The notes: generated from the sequence alone by a model not told the origin. A DNA stretch of 30,049 nucleotides from a virus (IMGVR_UViG_3300044591_001448:1-30049), one strand, 5' to 3'; numbered from the stretch's first letter, positions 17,220 to 26,793 are shown. A program made the numbers and translations.

Positions 17220-17959
17220 GGTTGTGTTGCGTAAGGTACAAGAGCCTCTGGGAAAGGAAGGCCCTGCTGGTGCTCTCGTCTCCATGCTTCGTCCCATTCT
17301 GATAGTGAATGCGTATGTAAATCATTCTGAACGTAATCAGACGTTGTGTCGGCTACAACGTAACTTTGGTCAGTGTTTTCATACAAAAGCAAGCCGTAAT
17401 CTTCAAGCAAAATATCAAAGGTTGTTACTGGAAACTCAACAACAAAAGATACTTCATAACTCAGTGGTTCGTTTCGTGTTGTAGAAATACAAAGGAGATA
17501 ACTGCCACGATCAAGTGGATAGTAACGTTGGTCCCCTTTATCTAAACGATTTGCAAAAAATTGATTGTAAAGATTTGACTGTCTATTCATTACATGCCCA
17601 AGATATGGAAAATAAACATCACCATCAATAATTTCAGGGATACTATCGGTGTCAAAAATAGCTCTGCCTTGTATAGGAGCAAGATTTAAATCAAAGGTAG
17701 AAACATTGATGTATTCAGGTCTTGGACCCCCCTTGGCAATAATGATCCAAGCAGATGATTCAAGGTCAATACGAAACCAGTGGTTGTATGTTCCTTGTCC
17801 ATAGCCTCCATTAGAGCTGGAGTTTGTATCGGCACGCCCAACTACTTTGTTCTGAGGCCCCAAAGCCCCTGTTAATTTTCTAACTGACAATTGGCTGAAG
17901 GGTCCTAATACAAGAGGATTGTCCTGAGTGCGCTGTCTTTGGGCTTCAGAATTGCGCAT
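17216..17959 (-). CDS. Hypothetical phage protein
   Basis: Part of ORF 17216..18034. ATG 17959 preferred because 18034 lies inside a terminator hairpin. Confidence 0.7.
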   Translation of the reverse strand: MRNSEAQRQRTQDNPLVLGPFSQLSVRKLTGALGPQNKVVGRADTNSSSNGGYGQGTYNHWFRIDLESSAWIIIAKGGPRPEYINVSTFDLNLAPIQGRAIFDTDSIPEIIDGDVYFPYLGHVMNRQSNLYNQFFANRLDKGDQRYYPLDRGSYLLCISTTRNEPLSYEVSFVVEFPVTTFDILLEDYGLLLYENTDQSYVVADTTSDYVQNDLHTHSLSEWDEAWRREHQQGLPFPEALVPYATQP

Positions 17960-18017
17960 TATTACAGTTACGTTGATGTACTTATATTTTACTCTTCGTT
18001 TTTTGTAAATAAACGCC

Positions 18018-18042
18018 AAAGAAAAAGCCCCCATTTGGGGGC
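18018..18042 (-). terminator. Rho-independent terminator
   Basis: Minus strand reads GCCCCC-AAAT-GGGGGC-TTTTTCTTT just after the GT4 stop at 18060. Confidence 0.8.
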
Positions 18043-18059
18043 ATTAACTAAAGCCGGTT

Positions 18060-19304
18060 TTATTTTCCTTTCTTTTTATTGCGAGCTTTAGGTTTTACAA
18101 TCATTGCTTTCTTCTCTTGTGTCACGAGTACTTCCTGGAAGACCTCGTCAAACTGAGCAGCAACACTTTCCCATTCAAAACATGGATCCGTGGCCCGTTG
18201 ATAACAAGCTTCGGCAACACTATCAAGTTTTTGACGGTCTTCGTACAGTTCCCCAAGGAGTTCTGCAAGGTGATTGTCATCAGGGCAAGGCATGATGCGG
18301 CCAAAGTTGGTGTCCACATCGGCATGCAACGATCTAATTAAGACCCCAAATCCATCAAAGATTTCTTTACATGACGTGTGATCTGGTACTACTTGAGCAA
18401 CACGACATGCCGCGTGTTCAAAGTTGACCAAACCCCAGCCTTCACCTTTGCAAGTATTAACACCAACATCAACTGCGTTATAGATGACGTTTAGAAGTTC
18501 AACATCAACGTTTGGCGGATTAGGATGAGGAGTTGTCATGATGATCCGGTTGTTTGGATCAAGACCTTGACGTTGCATCTCTCGAGCAAAGAGTGGCATG
18601 ATGTCCCAGCCCTGATCCTTCAAGCCCATATGAAGGTAGAGCTTTGTATCTGGACGGCCAACTGCAAATTTTGCAAAAGCACTGATCGTTAAGTCAATAC
18701 GTTTGCGGAATTGATTTCGGTTTCCGTTGAACACAATGAAATCATCTGGACTCAAGCCCAGCTGTTCACGCGCCTTAAGCTTGTCAATCGGACGGAACTG
18801 ACCTGCCGTCACGCCGTGGGGAATGACACTGATTGGTTTTTGGGAACCAGCGGTGATAGTTTCTTGTGCGCCAAATTCCGTGTAGCAAACAGCAGCATCC
18901 CAATCGTTGAGAGTATCAAGGATTGCGCCATACCAACCATAGGAGTCCATGGGGTAGTAGCCCACGAATTTGAAACCGATGGCTTCGCGTAAGTCAGCAA
19001 TACGTTTCCATTGTTCGTTAATGATCCAGATGTCGTTCATCGTGAAGACAACATCAGGACGAATCAACTCAACGATCTCACGAATCCGTTCTTCCCCAAA
19101 CGGAGCTTGCTGGAATCGGTTGGAAGCAGGATACATCCTGTACTCTTCCTGGAGCGGGGTGTAATCCCCATGCCAGTTGCAGCCCAGGACATGAATTTCG
19201 TATTTATCTTTCAGATTACTCAGCACATTCTCTGTAACACGCGCAAAGCCGGTCATGGCAACGATGTCACCAATCCAGAGAAGTTTAGGCTTGTTCTCAG
19301 TCAT
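18060..19304 (-). CDS. Glycosyltransferase family 4
   Basis: Motifs LLWIGD...TGFARV, IPHGV, NRNQFRKRID and GEGWGLVNFE (E-x7-E). Confidence 0.9.
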   Translation of the reverse strand: MTENKPKLLWIGDIVAMTGFARVTENVLSNLKDKYEIHVLGCNWHGDYTPLQEEYRMYPASNRFQQAPFGEERIREIVELIRPDVVFTMNDIWIINEQWKRIADLREAIGFKFVGYYPMDSYGWYGAILDTLNDWDAAVCYTEFGAQETITAGSQKPISVIPHGVTAGQFRPIDKLKAREQLGLSPDDFIVFNGNRNQFRKRIDLTISAFAKFAVGRPDTKLYLHMGLKDQGWDIMPLFAREMQRQGLDPNNRIIMTTPHPNPPNVDVELLNVIYNAVDVGVNTCKGEGWGLVNFEHAACRVAQVVPDHTSCKEIFDGFGVLIRSLHADVDTNFGRIMPCPDDNHLAELLGELYEDRQKLDSVAEACYQRATDPCFEWESVAAQFDEVFQEVLVTQEKKAMIVKPKARNKKKGK

Positions 19305-19361
19305 TACTTACAAATTGACTGAAATTAGTATACTTATTTTCCCGCAAACAAAGTAAGAAAG

Positions 19362-20045
19362 TTATTCGGCTTTCTCTGCAAGGTACTCAGGATTTGAGAT
19401 CACGTTCTTGTACTCGCTTCGTATCACCTGTTGCACACCAGTCTCAGTATGAGATTGGCGGTTGTACAGCATGAGTTTTTCAGCTTTGAAGTCCAGCTCA
19501 AGCGGTGTCACGTTCTTGGGTGGATAGCCGCGATTAAAGGTGGACGCCATGTGCAGAGGGTTGCCGCACTTGGGATTGCCACATAACCGCGTGACGACCA
19601 GCACCCCCACATCCCCCCAGGCGCACTGGTACAGGGCCTTGTGGATGTTGACGTTCTCAGACTTCTGCTTGCTGTAGCCGGAGCGGTAGGAGGGCAAGCA
19701 CACTCTCCTGGGGGTCGTCTCACCAGGAGTCTCAATCTCCCAGCACTCTTCCGGGAAAGTGACCTTAACTTTCTTCCAGAGCTTGGCGTACTTGTGTTTG
19801 TAGTCGGCATGCAGGTAGTTGATGTCAAACCCGCAGACGTTGCTCAGGATCTTCCGGCCACACTCATAGCACCAGTGTTGGTTTGAGTCTCGAATGAGAT
19901 GACCGTGAGGGCAGGGGAACCCCCGGTAGTAGCCCAGTTCCTTAAGGCGTTCCTCCTCCATCCCCTCGATGCCGTGGACATGACGGAAGGACGGCTCCCC
20001 GAAGTCGTTCGCTACCTGCTGGAGCTTCTTCACAAGGCTTGCCAT
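19362..20045 (-). CDS. Zn-binding protein with degenerate HNH/His-Me finger-like domain
   Basis: N-terminal CPHGH..WCYEC. C-terminal ECWE..HKALY..VVTRLCGNPKCGNPLHM resembles HNH_3/His-Me finger patterns. Confidence 0.6.
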   Translation of the reverse strand: MASLVKKLQQVANDFGEPSFRHVHGIEGMEEERLKELGYYRGFPCPHGHLIRDSNQHWCYECGRKILSNVCGFDINYLHADYKHKYAKLWKKVKVTFPEECWEIETPGETTPRRVCLPSYRSGYSKQKSENVNIHKALYQCAWGDVGVLVVTRLCGNPKCGNPLHMASTFNRGYPPKNVTPLELDFKAEKLMLYNRQSHTETGVQQVIRSEYKNVISNPEYLAEKAE

Positions 20046-20100
20046 GACCGGACCTGTGGGTGGGTAATGACATTCTAGGGGGTAGGAGTGTCATTGTCCC

Positions 20101-20222
20101 GTGCAGACTTGCAGACTTTGACCCCATTTTTATCTTTATATAAGCTAAATTACACTGTCATCTCATAGTGTCATTTACATCACGTAAGGGTTAAAAGCCC
20201 CCCAAAGTCTGCATCTCTGCAC
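20101..20222. repeat. 20-bp inverted repeat flanking an AT-rich spacer (candidate replication origin)
   Basis: GTGCAGACTTGCAGACTTTG (20101-20120) and CAAAGTCTGCATCTCTGCAC (20203-20222) are 18/20 complementary, with an 82-nt spacer. Confidence 0.6.
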
Positions 20223-20277
20223 CGACATCTGAGTCTCACCCTGGGATTTAAGTACATGCGTACTTCTTGCGGCCATG

Positions 20278-20301
20278 AAAAAAGCCCTGCCGAAACAGGG
20301 C
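20278..20301 (-). terminator. Rho-independent terminator
   Basis: Minus strand reads GCCCTG-TTTCGG-CAGGGC-TTTTTT downstream of the speD stop at 20322. Confidence 0.85.
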
Positions 20302-20321
20302 CTCAACCTTTACCGTTGCTC

Positions 20322-20678
20322 TCAGGCTTCAGGAGGCGCCGTTGAGCGCACCAGCTCCTGTTCCTCTGCCTTCTGGGACTTGAGCTTGTACTTCAGGAAG
20401 TCAGCAGCCTTGTGCGTGTTGGTGGTATCCCCGCAGGTATAGAGGTCGATGGCGGCGTACCCAAGCTCAGGCCAGGTATGAATAGACGCATGAGACTCAG
20501 CCAGGAGCGCCAGTAGCGTTACGCCCTGCGGCTCAAATTTCTCGCCAATGATGCGAAGGATTGTGGCTTTCGACATCAAAAGGGCAGCCTCCAGAAGTTC
20601 AGACAACCTGTCGTAGTCGTCCAAAACCTCTGGATCACACTCATACAAATCTAAAATTAGGTGACGCCCATTAGACAT
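20322..20678 (-). CDS. speD: S-adenosylmethionine decarboxylase proenzyme (class 1B, pyruvoyl)
   Basis: GRHLILDLY, FEPQGVT, LLAESHASIHTWPE (ES self-cleavage site), D.YTCG. Confidence 0.92.
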   Translation of the reverse strand: MSNGRHLILDLYECDPEVLDDYDRLSELLEAALLMSKATILRIIGEKFEPQGVTLLALLAESHASIHTWPELGYAAIDLYTCGDTTNTHKAADFLKYKLKSQKAEEQELVRSTAPPEA

Positions 20679-23313
20679 CGACTATTTCCAACTCATCTTC
20701 CATTGTCGCATCCAGGTTTGCTTCCAGTGACATCCCATAAAATTCTTTGTATTTATCTTTGTCTGCAGACACCTCAACAACGGAAGGCCAATCTTCATAT
20801 TTAGGACTGGACTCACGGACAGCCACATTTACCACCCGCATCCCCCTGGTATTGCGTAAGGGGTAGACGTTGATCTTGAGCTGGTGTTTGCAGATGTCCA
20901 GGAAGAGGGGTTCAAATCGGTTACGCGACATGATGCCCACATTGCACTGGCGACAGAACTCTGCATAACTTGCGTACAACCACTTGTCCTGGTTGGCATA
21001 GATATGTGAAGAACCCATCGGTGCATTCTTCGTGAAACCAACAGCTGAGCTGATGCCTGGGTCGTAGATGATCTTGTGCTCCATCCAATCCAACAGGGGG
21101 TTGGACCGGAGGTTCTGCATCTTCTCGTACTTCTTGAAGAACTTCACCTTCTTCGAAGTTTCCATCAGGTACTCACGCATCTCCTCCTCACTCATATCCA
21201 GCAGCCAGTTCACCAGTCCTGGCAGCAGAGGGGAGAACACACCTTGGGGCTCACCCTTGGAATTGAACTTAATTAATTCTTTTTGTTCATTCGGCCCGCC
21301 CGTGAACGGACGGTCGAAAGGAATGGTGAGGCGACGACGGGCAAGACCAGAGGTGTAGTCAGTGGACTGAATTGCTTCGTTGGCGGTGATCATCACAACA
21401 CCGTGGTACTGGAAAGGATCCAGACCTTCACCTTGATACTTACGTTCGCTACGGATCCAGTCACTTCCAGTGATGGCCTTCAACCTGGAGACAGAACCAC
21501 CCCAACGATCAGCATCCTGGAACAGCAGAAGCTTTTTACCCATGTAGGCGGCAGCTTCAAAACGGTTCTTCTCCATATTCTCGAAGTCCGTTGAGTAAGT
21601 ATTGCTCTTACCCACCAGTGCTACCGCCAGGTTTGCGTAGGTGGATTTACCCGACTTACCCGGACCCACGATTTCCACAAACTTCTGGATCTCATAACGA
21701 CCCAGGAGTGTGGCCCGCAACCAGGCCCGCAGAACCTGAGTACGTTCCCAGCTGTCATGCTGTGTACTTTTCAGCCATTTAACAATTTCTTCACAGGTGG
21801 CTGCCGGGTCATAGGGATACGGCATCAGTTGGGTCAGGTGAAGCTCCCGGCCAAAGGGAAGCAGCTCCCTGGTCTGAACATTCAGCACACCATTGGTGAA
21901 CAGCAGCAGCTCGCTGTTGTCATACCAATCTTCAAAGGCAAGAACCGACTGCAGCTGAGTGCAGACATCGTTCATCAAGTTGATACTGAAACCGTTAGGC
22001 AGGAAGTCACCTAACATTTGCAGTTTGTTACGGATGTCACCAAGGATTTCGATCTTGGTTAAAGGCGACCACAGACCAGGTGCTTCCTTCTGATACAGGA
22101 AGAACTGGTTATGGGGTTGACTAAAGAGCAGATCCCCCTTATACAGGTCGAGCACAACGTCGGTAACTACGTTCGATGAAGGGTTTCTTGACCGTTGGTC
22201 TTTTCCTGATTTCTCTTGAGGCGCCCGTGTTTGCCGCTTCTTCCACACTGGTTCAGTTTGAGTTGGAGACTTGGTTTCCTCAAGTAATTCCGGTGCCATC
22301 AGTAAATCCTCTTCAATTTCAGCAAGTAGCTTCGAAACGTGATTTAATGTCTCATCATCAACATTCAACGCACGGTGCTCCTGGGAAGGCTTCCACCCAT
22401 GCTCCTGGGCAATGTGAATAAGAGATCCCAGGCCGCGACCACCGTTCTTGGAGAAGGAACGCCACCGCCTGTGGCACTCACCTTCCTTGTACTTCTCTGA
22501 CTGCTTGGACCATTCATCCCAGCTATCAAGCAGAGATTCATCCAAGCTGTGAAGCGTTTGGCCGATAGTGATCCAAATGTCGTAATCATCAGCGGCATCT
22601 GGCGGCAGAGCCCACATTGCTTCTGTCGCCAGTTTCATGTCCCGCTCTAGCGAGATCTCAGCGTTGATAGCAAAACCAGGACCAACGATCCGAGTGCGTT
22701 CTTTCGCAGGTGTACCCTGACGAACGTTCTTATTAACGATGAGATTAAGAAGCCATTCCGGAAATTCAGGCAGGCGTTCCACCCACTCAAAACCCATCCC
22801 TTCAGCTGTGTAATAGCCTTCGGTTTCAGGGTGCAGACCCATCAGCACGCCCTGGTGCTTAGACCAAAGGATCTCAAGTTTCTCCTTGTTGGTCTCAGCG
22901 TGCCAGGTGTATTTGTTTCGTGCAAAATGTTTTTGTTTTTCTCGGCTTAGCTTGTAGAGTTTCCGTTCACGACCCGCCTTACCACTGCAGATAGTCAGCG
23001 TGGGAGGCAGTGCAACATCAAAATCCTCCTGATCCGACAGCTGTTTAACAAGTGTGTAGACGCTAGGGCCATCAATATCAACCCAAACCAAACCATAGGG
23101 ATGGTTATAGACCGGACCACCCAGCAATCCAATGGCCTTACAGTTGCCAGTTACGATCTCTTCTTCAATTTCACGAACGCTAAAAGGCTTGTTCTGCCAG
23201 CCATTCACATACGGATCTTTCTTTGCACCCAGGGGTGTTAAGGGCCAATCGATGGGAATGTATCCGAGATTGATTTCTCCCGGACGAAGAGCTTGCTGAT
23301 TTTGGCTGGTCAT
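20671..23313 (-). CDS. Primase-helicase: Prim-Pol + PriCT-2 + D5/SF3 helicase
   Basis: N-terminal WPLTP..K.P..GWQ and VWVDID. PriCT-2-like YDIWITIG..WDEWSKQSEKY..W.SF. D5_N-like F.NGVLN. Walker A GPGKSGKST, LKAITG.D and ITAN. Confidence 0.92.
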   Translation of the reverse strand: MTSQNQQALRPGEINLGYIPIDWPLTPLGAKKDPYVNGWQNKPFSVREIEEEIVTGNCKAIGLLGGPVYNHPYGLVWVDIDGPSVYTLVKQLSDQEDFDVALPPTLTICSGKAGRERKLYKLSREKQKHFARNKYTWHAETNKEKLEILWSKHQGVLMGLHPETEGYYTAEGMGFEWVERLPEFPEWLLNLIVNKNVRQGTPAKERTRIVGPGFAINAEISLERDMKLATEAMWALPPDAADDYDIWITIGQTLHSLDESLLDSWDEWSKQSEKYKEGECHRRWRSFSKNGGRGLGSLIHIAQEHGWKPSQEHRALNVDDETLNHVSKLLAEIEEDLLMAPELLEETKSPTQTEPVWKKRQTRAPQEKSGKDQRSRNPSSNVVTDVVLDLYKGDLLFSQPHNQFFLYQKEAPGLWSPLTKIEILGDIRNKLQMLGDFLPNGFSINLMNDVCTQLQSVLAFEDWYDNSELLLFTNGVLNVQTRELLPFGRELHLTQLMPYPYDPAATCEEIVKWLKSTQHDSWERTQVLRAWLRATLLGRYEIQKFVEIVGPGKSGKSTYANLAVALVGKSNTYSTDFENMEKNRFEAAAYMGKKLLLFQDADRWGGSVSRLKAITGSDWIRSERKYQGEGLDPFQYHGVVMITANEAIQSTDYTSGLARRRLTIPFDRPFTGGPNEQKELIKFNSKGEPQGVFSPLLPGLVNWLLDMSEEEMREYLMETSKKVKFFKKYEKMQNLRSNPLLDWMEHKIIYDPGISSAVGFTKNAPMGSSHIYANQDKWLYASYAEFCRQCNVGIMSRNRFEPLFLDICKHQLKINVYPLRNTRGMRVVNVAVRESSPKYEDWPSVVEVSADKDKYKEFYGMSLEANLDATMEDELEIVDV

Positions 23314-23522
23314 ACCTTACGTGCTTCCTTGAGTTCTACTTTAAAGTCCCGATCAGGGAACCATGTCTCCTTTACCAGTTCATAAGCATGAAGATGCATA
23401 TGGGAAGGCAGACAAAAACAATCCCCATCAACCGCACTGTTCATGCGGCCTTGGAGCGTATTCATCCACTCCCCCAAGGAAATGTAGATTTCCATGGTGG
23501 TTGGAGTTGAGTGTCTCTTCAT
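23310..23522 (-). CDS. Hypothetical protein
   Basis: 70-aa ORF whose stop overlaps the primase ATG. Confidence 0.6.
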   Translation of the reverse strand: MKRHSTPTTMEIYISLGEWMNTLQGRMNSAVDGDCFCLPSHMHLHAYELVKETWFPDRDFKVELKEARKV

Positions 23523-23565
23523 CCTACGGCCGCCAATCCGAGAGGGCCATCACAGATTCTTAAAA

Positions 23566-23778
23566 TTATTCGGACTCATTGGACTCATCTAGAGCCATGT
23601 GCCCGTACATATCTACAGCCTGGAATTCATCCAGCATACGGTTGTAGATGTCAACTGGATTCTCACCCGTCTCAATTGCACATGATGTTGCGACAGACCA
23701 TGCGGTCCGGCGCCTCCGCTCTTCAGGACTGTGAGGATCCCAGATCACATGTTGGTTGTCAGGAGTCCACTCAGTCAT
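23566..23778 (-). CDS. Hypothetical protein
   Basis: ATG 23778 (MTEWTPDNQ) is coupled to the nuclease stop. Confidence 0.6.
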   Translation of the reverse strand: MTEWTPDNQHVIWDPHSPEERRRRTAWSVATSCAIETGENPVDIYNRMLDEFQAVDMYGHMALDESNESE

Positions 23779-24632
23779 CAGATCAAGTCCGGATCGTAGA
23801 CACCACAATTCTCAATTTGAGTGTAATACTCTGCAACAATCTTGTACCAATCTTCATGCAGGATATCGAGATACCGCCTGGAGATCTTGAATACCTGAGT
23901 GCGAACCGGGGTTGAAACCAGAATTGCAGCTTGCTGGACCCTCATCCCCAAGGTTTGTTGAATGGCAAGGTCATATGCAGCCAACTGCTTGCAGGTTTTT
24001 TTAAATTTCATGTGACCACCCAAGAGATCACGCCATTCCGGCGACCCTTTCTCCAAGTCCTTGGGCCACTTCCTGCTGTATGGTTTGACACTGGTCTTGA
24101 GGTCAGCAAGTGTCAGCTTGTTATTAACCACACCAATAATGTCAGGGGCACCAGCCCAGGCGCGTCCTTCCTCGTCACAACCCCAGACGCGAGCAACGTC
24201 GTCAGCGCCGATAGTGAAATTAAACTTTTCAAGAATAGGCGATTCTGCCCAAAGCACTTCTTCAAATTGATCCAGGATCGGCGGCATACCAGCCCAAAAA
24301 TCCTTGTAATCCTCTGGTATGTCTGGATTCTTGTTTCCTTTGAGATAGCATTCCATGCCATAGTGGATGGCAGTACCCCGCTCAGCCGCCGCTTCTTTAA
24401 CACCTGGATTTGCCTTTGACCACATTTCGAGCTTCCGCTTGTTCGCTTCGGAAGCTGTCTCACCAATAATAGTAGTTACGGACGGTGCAGGTCCAGTGGG
24501 TAACGGAGTTGTATAGTGACGTTTTCCGTTAAGCGTAATTCTGGCTGCGGTCCTGTTCAGGTCCCGCATCATCTTTGGTTGCTGTTCCTTGGCTAAATCC
24601 CAAGGATCCGATGCATTAACTTTAGCAACCAT
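23778..24632 (-). CDS. PD-(D/E)XK (Cas4/RecB-like) phage exonuclease
   Basis: PSVTTI, ERGTAIH, AGAPD, DLKTS, QLAAY. Confidence 0.88.
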   Translation of the reverse strand: MVAKVNASDPWDLAKEQQPKMMRDLNRTAARITLNGKRHYTTPLPTGPAPSVTTIIGETASEANKRKLEMWSKANPGVKEAAAERGTAIHYGMECYLKGNKNPDIPEDYKDFWAGMPPILDQFEEVLWAESPILEKFNFTIGADDVARVWGCDEEGRAWAGAPDIIGVVNNKLTLADLKTSVKPYSRKWPKDLEKGSPEWRDLLGGHMKFKKTCKQLAAYDLAIQQTLGMRVQQAAILVSTPVRTQVFKISRRYLDILHEDWYKIVAEYYTQIENCGVYDPDLI

Positions 24633-24677
24633 CGAAGGTTTTGTATATTATTCAGAGTATAAAGTATTTTTCCTCCA

Positions 24678-24782
24678 ATGAAAGAGTTTGAGATTGTGAT
24701 CCTAACGCTACTGATTGCCCTCTTCCTTACGGCTACAATCGACATATTCATTTTATTTGGCGGCCTCCATTGGATCCACTAA
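24678..24782 (+). CDS. Small single-pass membrane peptide (34 aa)
   Basis: Read by hand: MKEFEIVILTLLIALFLTATIDIFILFGGLHWIH. First ORF of the rightward block. Confidence 0.45.
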   Translation: MKEFEIVILTLLIALFLTATIDIFILFGGLHWIH

Positions 24783-25018
24783 CCAAAGCCAAGCTCTGGC
24801 TCGTAGGCCTTTGGCATTGCTTCTCCTGGATTTTTAAAGCAATCTGGGATGAGTACCTGGTCGACCTGCACCCCAGCAAAATTCCCTGGCACCCAAATGA
24901 CTATATATGGTATGCGGAACGCTGGAACGGCAGGGTTGCCATGATTGCCGTCATCACTATCCTGCAGTTGGAATTGATCTACAAGGTCAGCATTTGGGAG
25001 TTTATTGGTGTCCTGTAA
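24770..25018 (+). CDS. hli: High-light inducible protein (HLIP)
   Basis: YAERWNGRVAMIA fits the chlorophyll-binding ExxNGRxAM motif, followed by a hydrophobic helix. Confidence 0.82.
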   Translation: MDPLTKAKLWLVGLWHCFSWIFKAIWDEYLVDLHPSKIPWHPNDYIWYAERWNGRVAMIAVITILQLELIYKVSIWEFIGVL

Positions 25019-25190
25019 CATCACTCGGTTTTATTTTTGCCAGTCCAACATCACTCTTCAAGAGTTCATAAGGCGTGACTTGCGCAGCCGGATGGGCATT
25101 GCTTTTGATGATGTTGAAACCGTAGAAGCAGATGCTTACGAAGCTAAACTGATCGCAGAAGACGAAGACTACTTAAGGGTGGACCTATGA
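25005..25190 (+). CDS. Hypothetical protein
   Basis: 61-aa ORF overlapping both neighbours. Confidence 0.55.
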   Translation: MVSCNITRFYFCQSNITLQEFIRRDLRSRMGIAFDDVETVEADAYEAKLIAEDEDYLRVDL

Positions 25191-25936
25191 CAAAAACTAT
25201 TCCCATGATTGGCACCATGATTCTCAATGGCGCAGATGACTTGTGGAAACAGTTTGAAAGCATTGATCACCCTGTTGATCGTTACTTTATCCTTGACAAC
25301 TCAATGGGTAAGGATAAAGATGTGTTGCAGATGATCTACGATCTAAAGAGTGACGTAGATTCCTTTGGCCACAAGTACATCAAGAAGGTAGAGGTTGTAC
25401 ATAACCACATGAACGTTGGCTTCTCTGGTTCTGTCAATCAAATCATCAAACAAAATATCGACTGCCCTTACTGGTGTGTTTTGTCGGTTGATTGGCATCC
25501 AGAGCCAGGTCAACTCAAGAAACTAGCAAAGCGCTTGGAAGATCCCTTTGTTGGAATTTTGTGTGACGAAAGTCAGAATGGATATTCTTCCCTTGTGATT
25601 GCACCAGAACTTCTTTATGAAGTTGGCTACTTGGACGAAAATTTCTTTCCTGCTTATTACGAAGATAACGACCACCGTTACCGCATGAAGCTTGCAGGGA
25701 TTGAGTGGGAGTACTTGCCTTTGAAATACAAACATACTGTTAGCGCAACAATCAAAAGAGATCCTCAGATCTACGCAAAGAATCAGATGACCTTTAAAGA
25801 GAACGGACGATATTACGTTGAGAAATGGGGTGGCCTCCCTGGTCAAGAGACCTACACGTCTCCTTTTGATATGGACCTCCCCCTTGACTATTGGATTTAT
25901 GATCCTGTTCGCAGCCAGCGACAGCGATGGATCTGA
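25187..25936 (+). CDS. Glycosyltransferase, GT2-like
   Basis: ILDN, N.GFSGSVN, VGYLDENFFPAYYEDND..YR, YYVEKWGG. Confidence 0.88.
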   Translation: MTKTIPMIGTMILNGADDLWKQFESIDHPVDRYFILDNSMGKDKDVLQMIYDLKSDVDSFGHKYIKKVEVVHNHMNVGFSGSVNQIIKQNIDCPYWCVLSVDWHPEPGQLKKLAKRLEDPFVGILCDESQNGYSSLVIAPELLYEVGYLDENFFPAYYEDNDHRYRMKLAGIEWEYLPLKYKHTVSATIKRDPQIYAKNQMTFKENGRYYVEKWGGLPGQETYTSPFDMDLPLDYWIYDPVRSQRQRWI

Positions 25937-26793
25937 GCGTTTACGGGGCCACGGGAATCATCGGAACCTACTTTAGCGGTTTGTTCCCCTCCTTTTCAAT
26001 ACCCAGAGAACAGCTGGAGCCCGAGACCGAGAATGTTTTGTATCTAATCAGTACAACTGACAACTCAACATTTATAGAAAATCCCCACATTGACATCAAT
26101 ACGAATTTAGTTGAGCTGATGCGCAGGCTTGAAGCTTGTCGCAACAGTAACGTTGAGACCTTCAATTTTGTAAGTAGTTGGTTTGTCTACGGACCAAACC
26201 ATGTGTATCCCGACGAGCAAGTCATCTGCGATCCCAATGGTTTCTATTCAATCACCAAGTACGCAGCTGAAAAACTTGTAAAAGAATATTGTCAAGTCTT
26301 TGGTATCAACTACCGCATCTTCCGGCTGGGCAATGTGTACGGTGGTCCCGACACCGGAAACCAAAAGCGAAACGCCCTGCACTACTTGATCAACAACCTG
26401 AGAGAAGGCAAGGACATTAATGTACACACCAACGTGTCACGCGACTTCATCCACATCATGGACACCTGCAGGGCCATGGAGTTTCTGTGTGAGCATGGAT
26501 ATACGAACTGTATCTACAACGTAGGCACAGGGCTTTCCACCAAACTGACCAAAGCCCTTGACAAAGCCAAGAAAATTGGTGGTTTTCATGGTCAAGTACA
26601 TCACCATTCCGTCCCGCAGAACTACAACCAGGCGGTAAGTTTTGGTTTAAACTGTGGCAAGCTTGCCTCTCACGGCTTCAAACTTTTAATTTCCTTTGAG
26701 GAAGGATTGCTCGACCTATGTCTAAATCAAAAGTTCTGTACTCCGGACCGTACTTTGATGGAGCAGAAGTTGAAGCAGCGATTGCCAGCCTGA
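25927..26793 (+). CDS. NAD-dependent sugar epimerase/4-reductase (extended SDR)
   Basis: GATGIIG, SSWFVYG, YSITK (YxxxK), RLGNVYG, RDFIH. Confidence 0.88.
   Translation: MDLSVYGATGIIGTYFSGLFPSFSIPREQLEPETENVLYLISTTDNSTFIENPHIDINTNLVELMRRLEACRNSNVETFNFVSSWFVYGPNHVYPDEQVICDPNGFYSITKYAAEKLVKEYCQVFGINYRIFRLGNVYGGPDTGNQKRNALHYLINNLREGKDINVHTNVSRDFIHIMDTCRAMEFLCEHGYTNCIYNVGTGLSTKLTKALDKAKKIGGFHGQVHHHSVPQNYNQAVSFGLNCGKLASHGFKLLISFEEGLLDLCLNQKFCTPDRTLMEQKLKQRLPA

Noticed and set aside
23778-24632. Cas4-like nuclease as evidence of a CRISPR-Cas system
   Set aside because: Stand-alone PD-(D/E)XK nucleases are common in phage replication modules, and there is no array or other cas gene.
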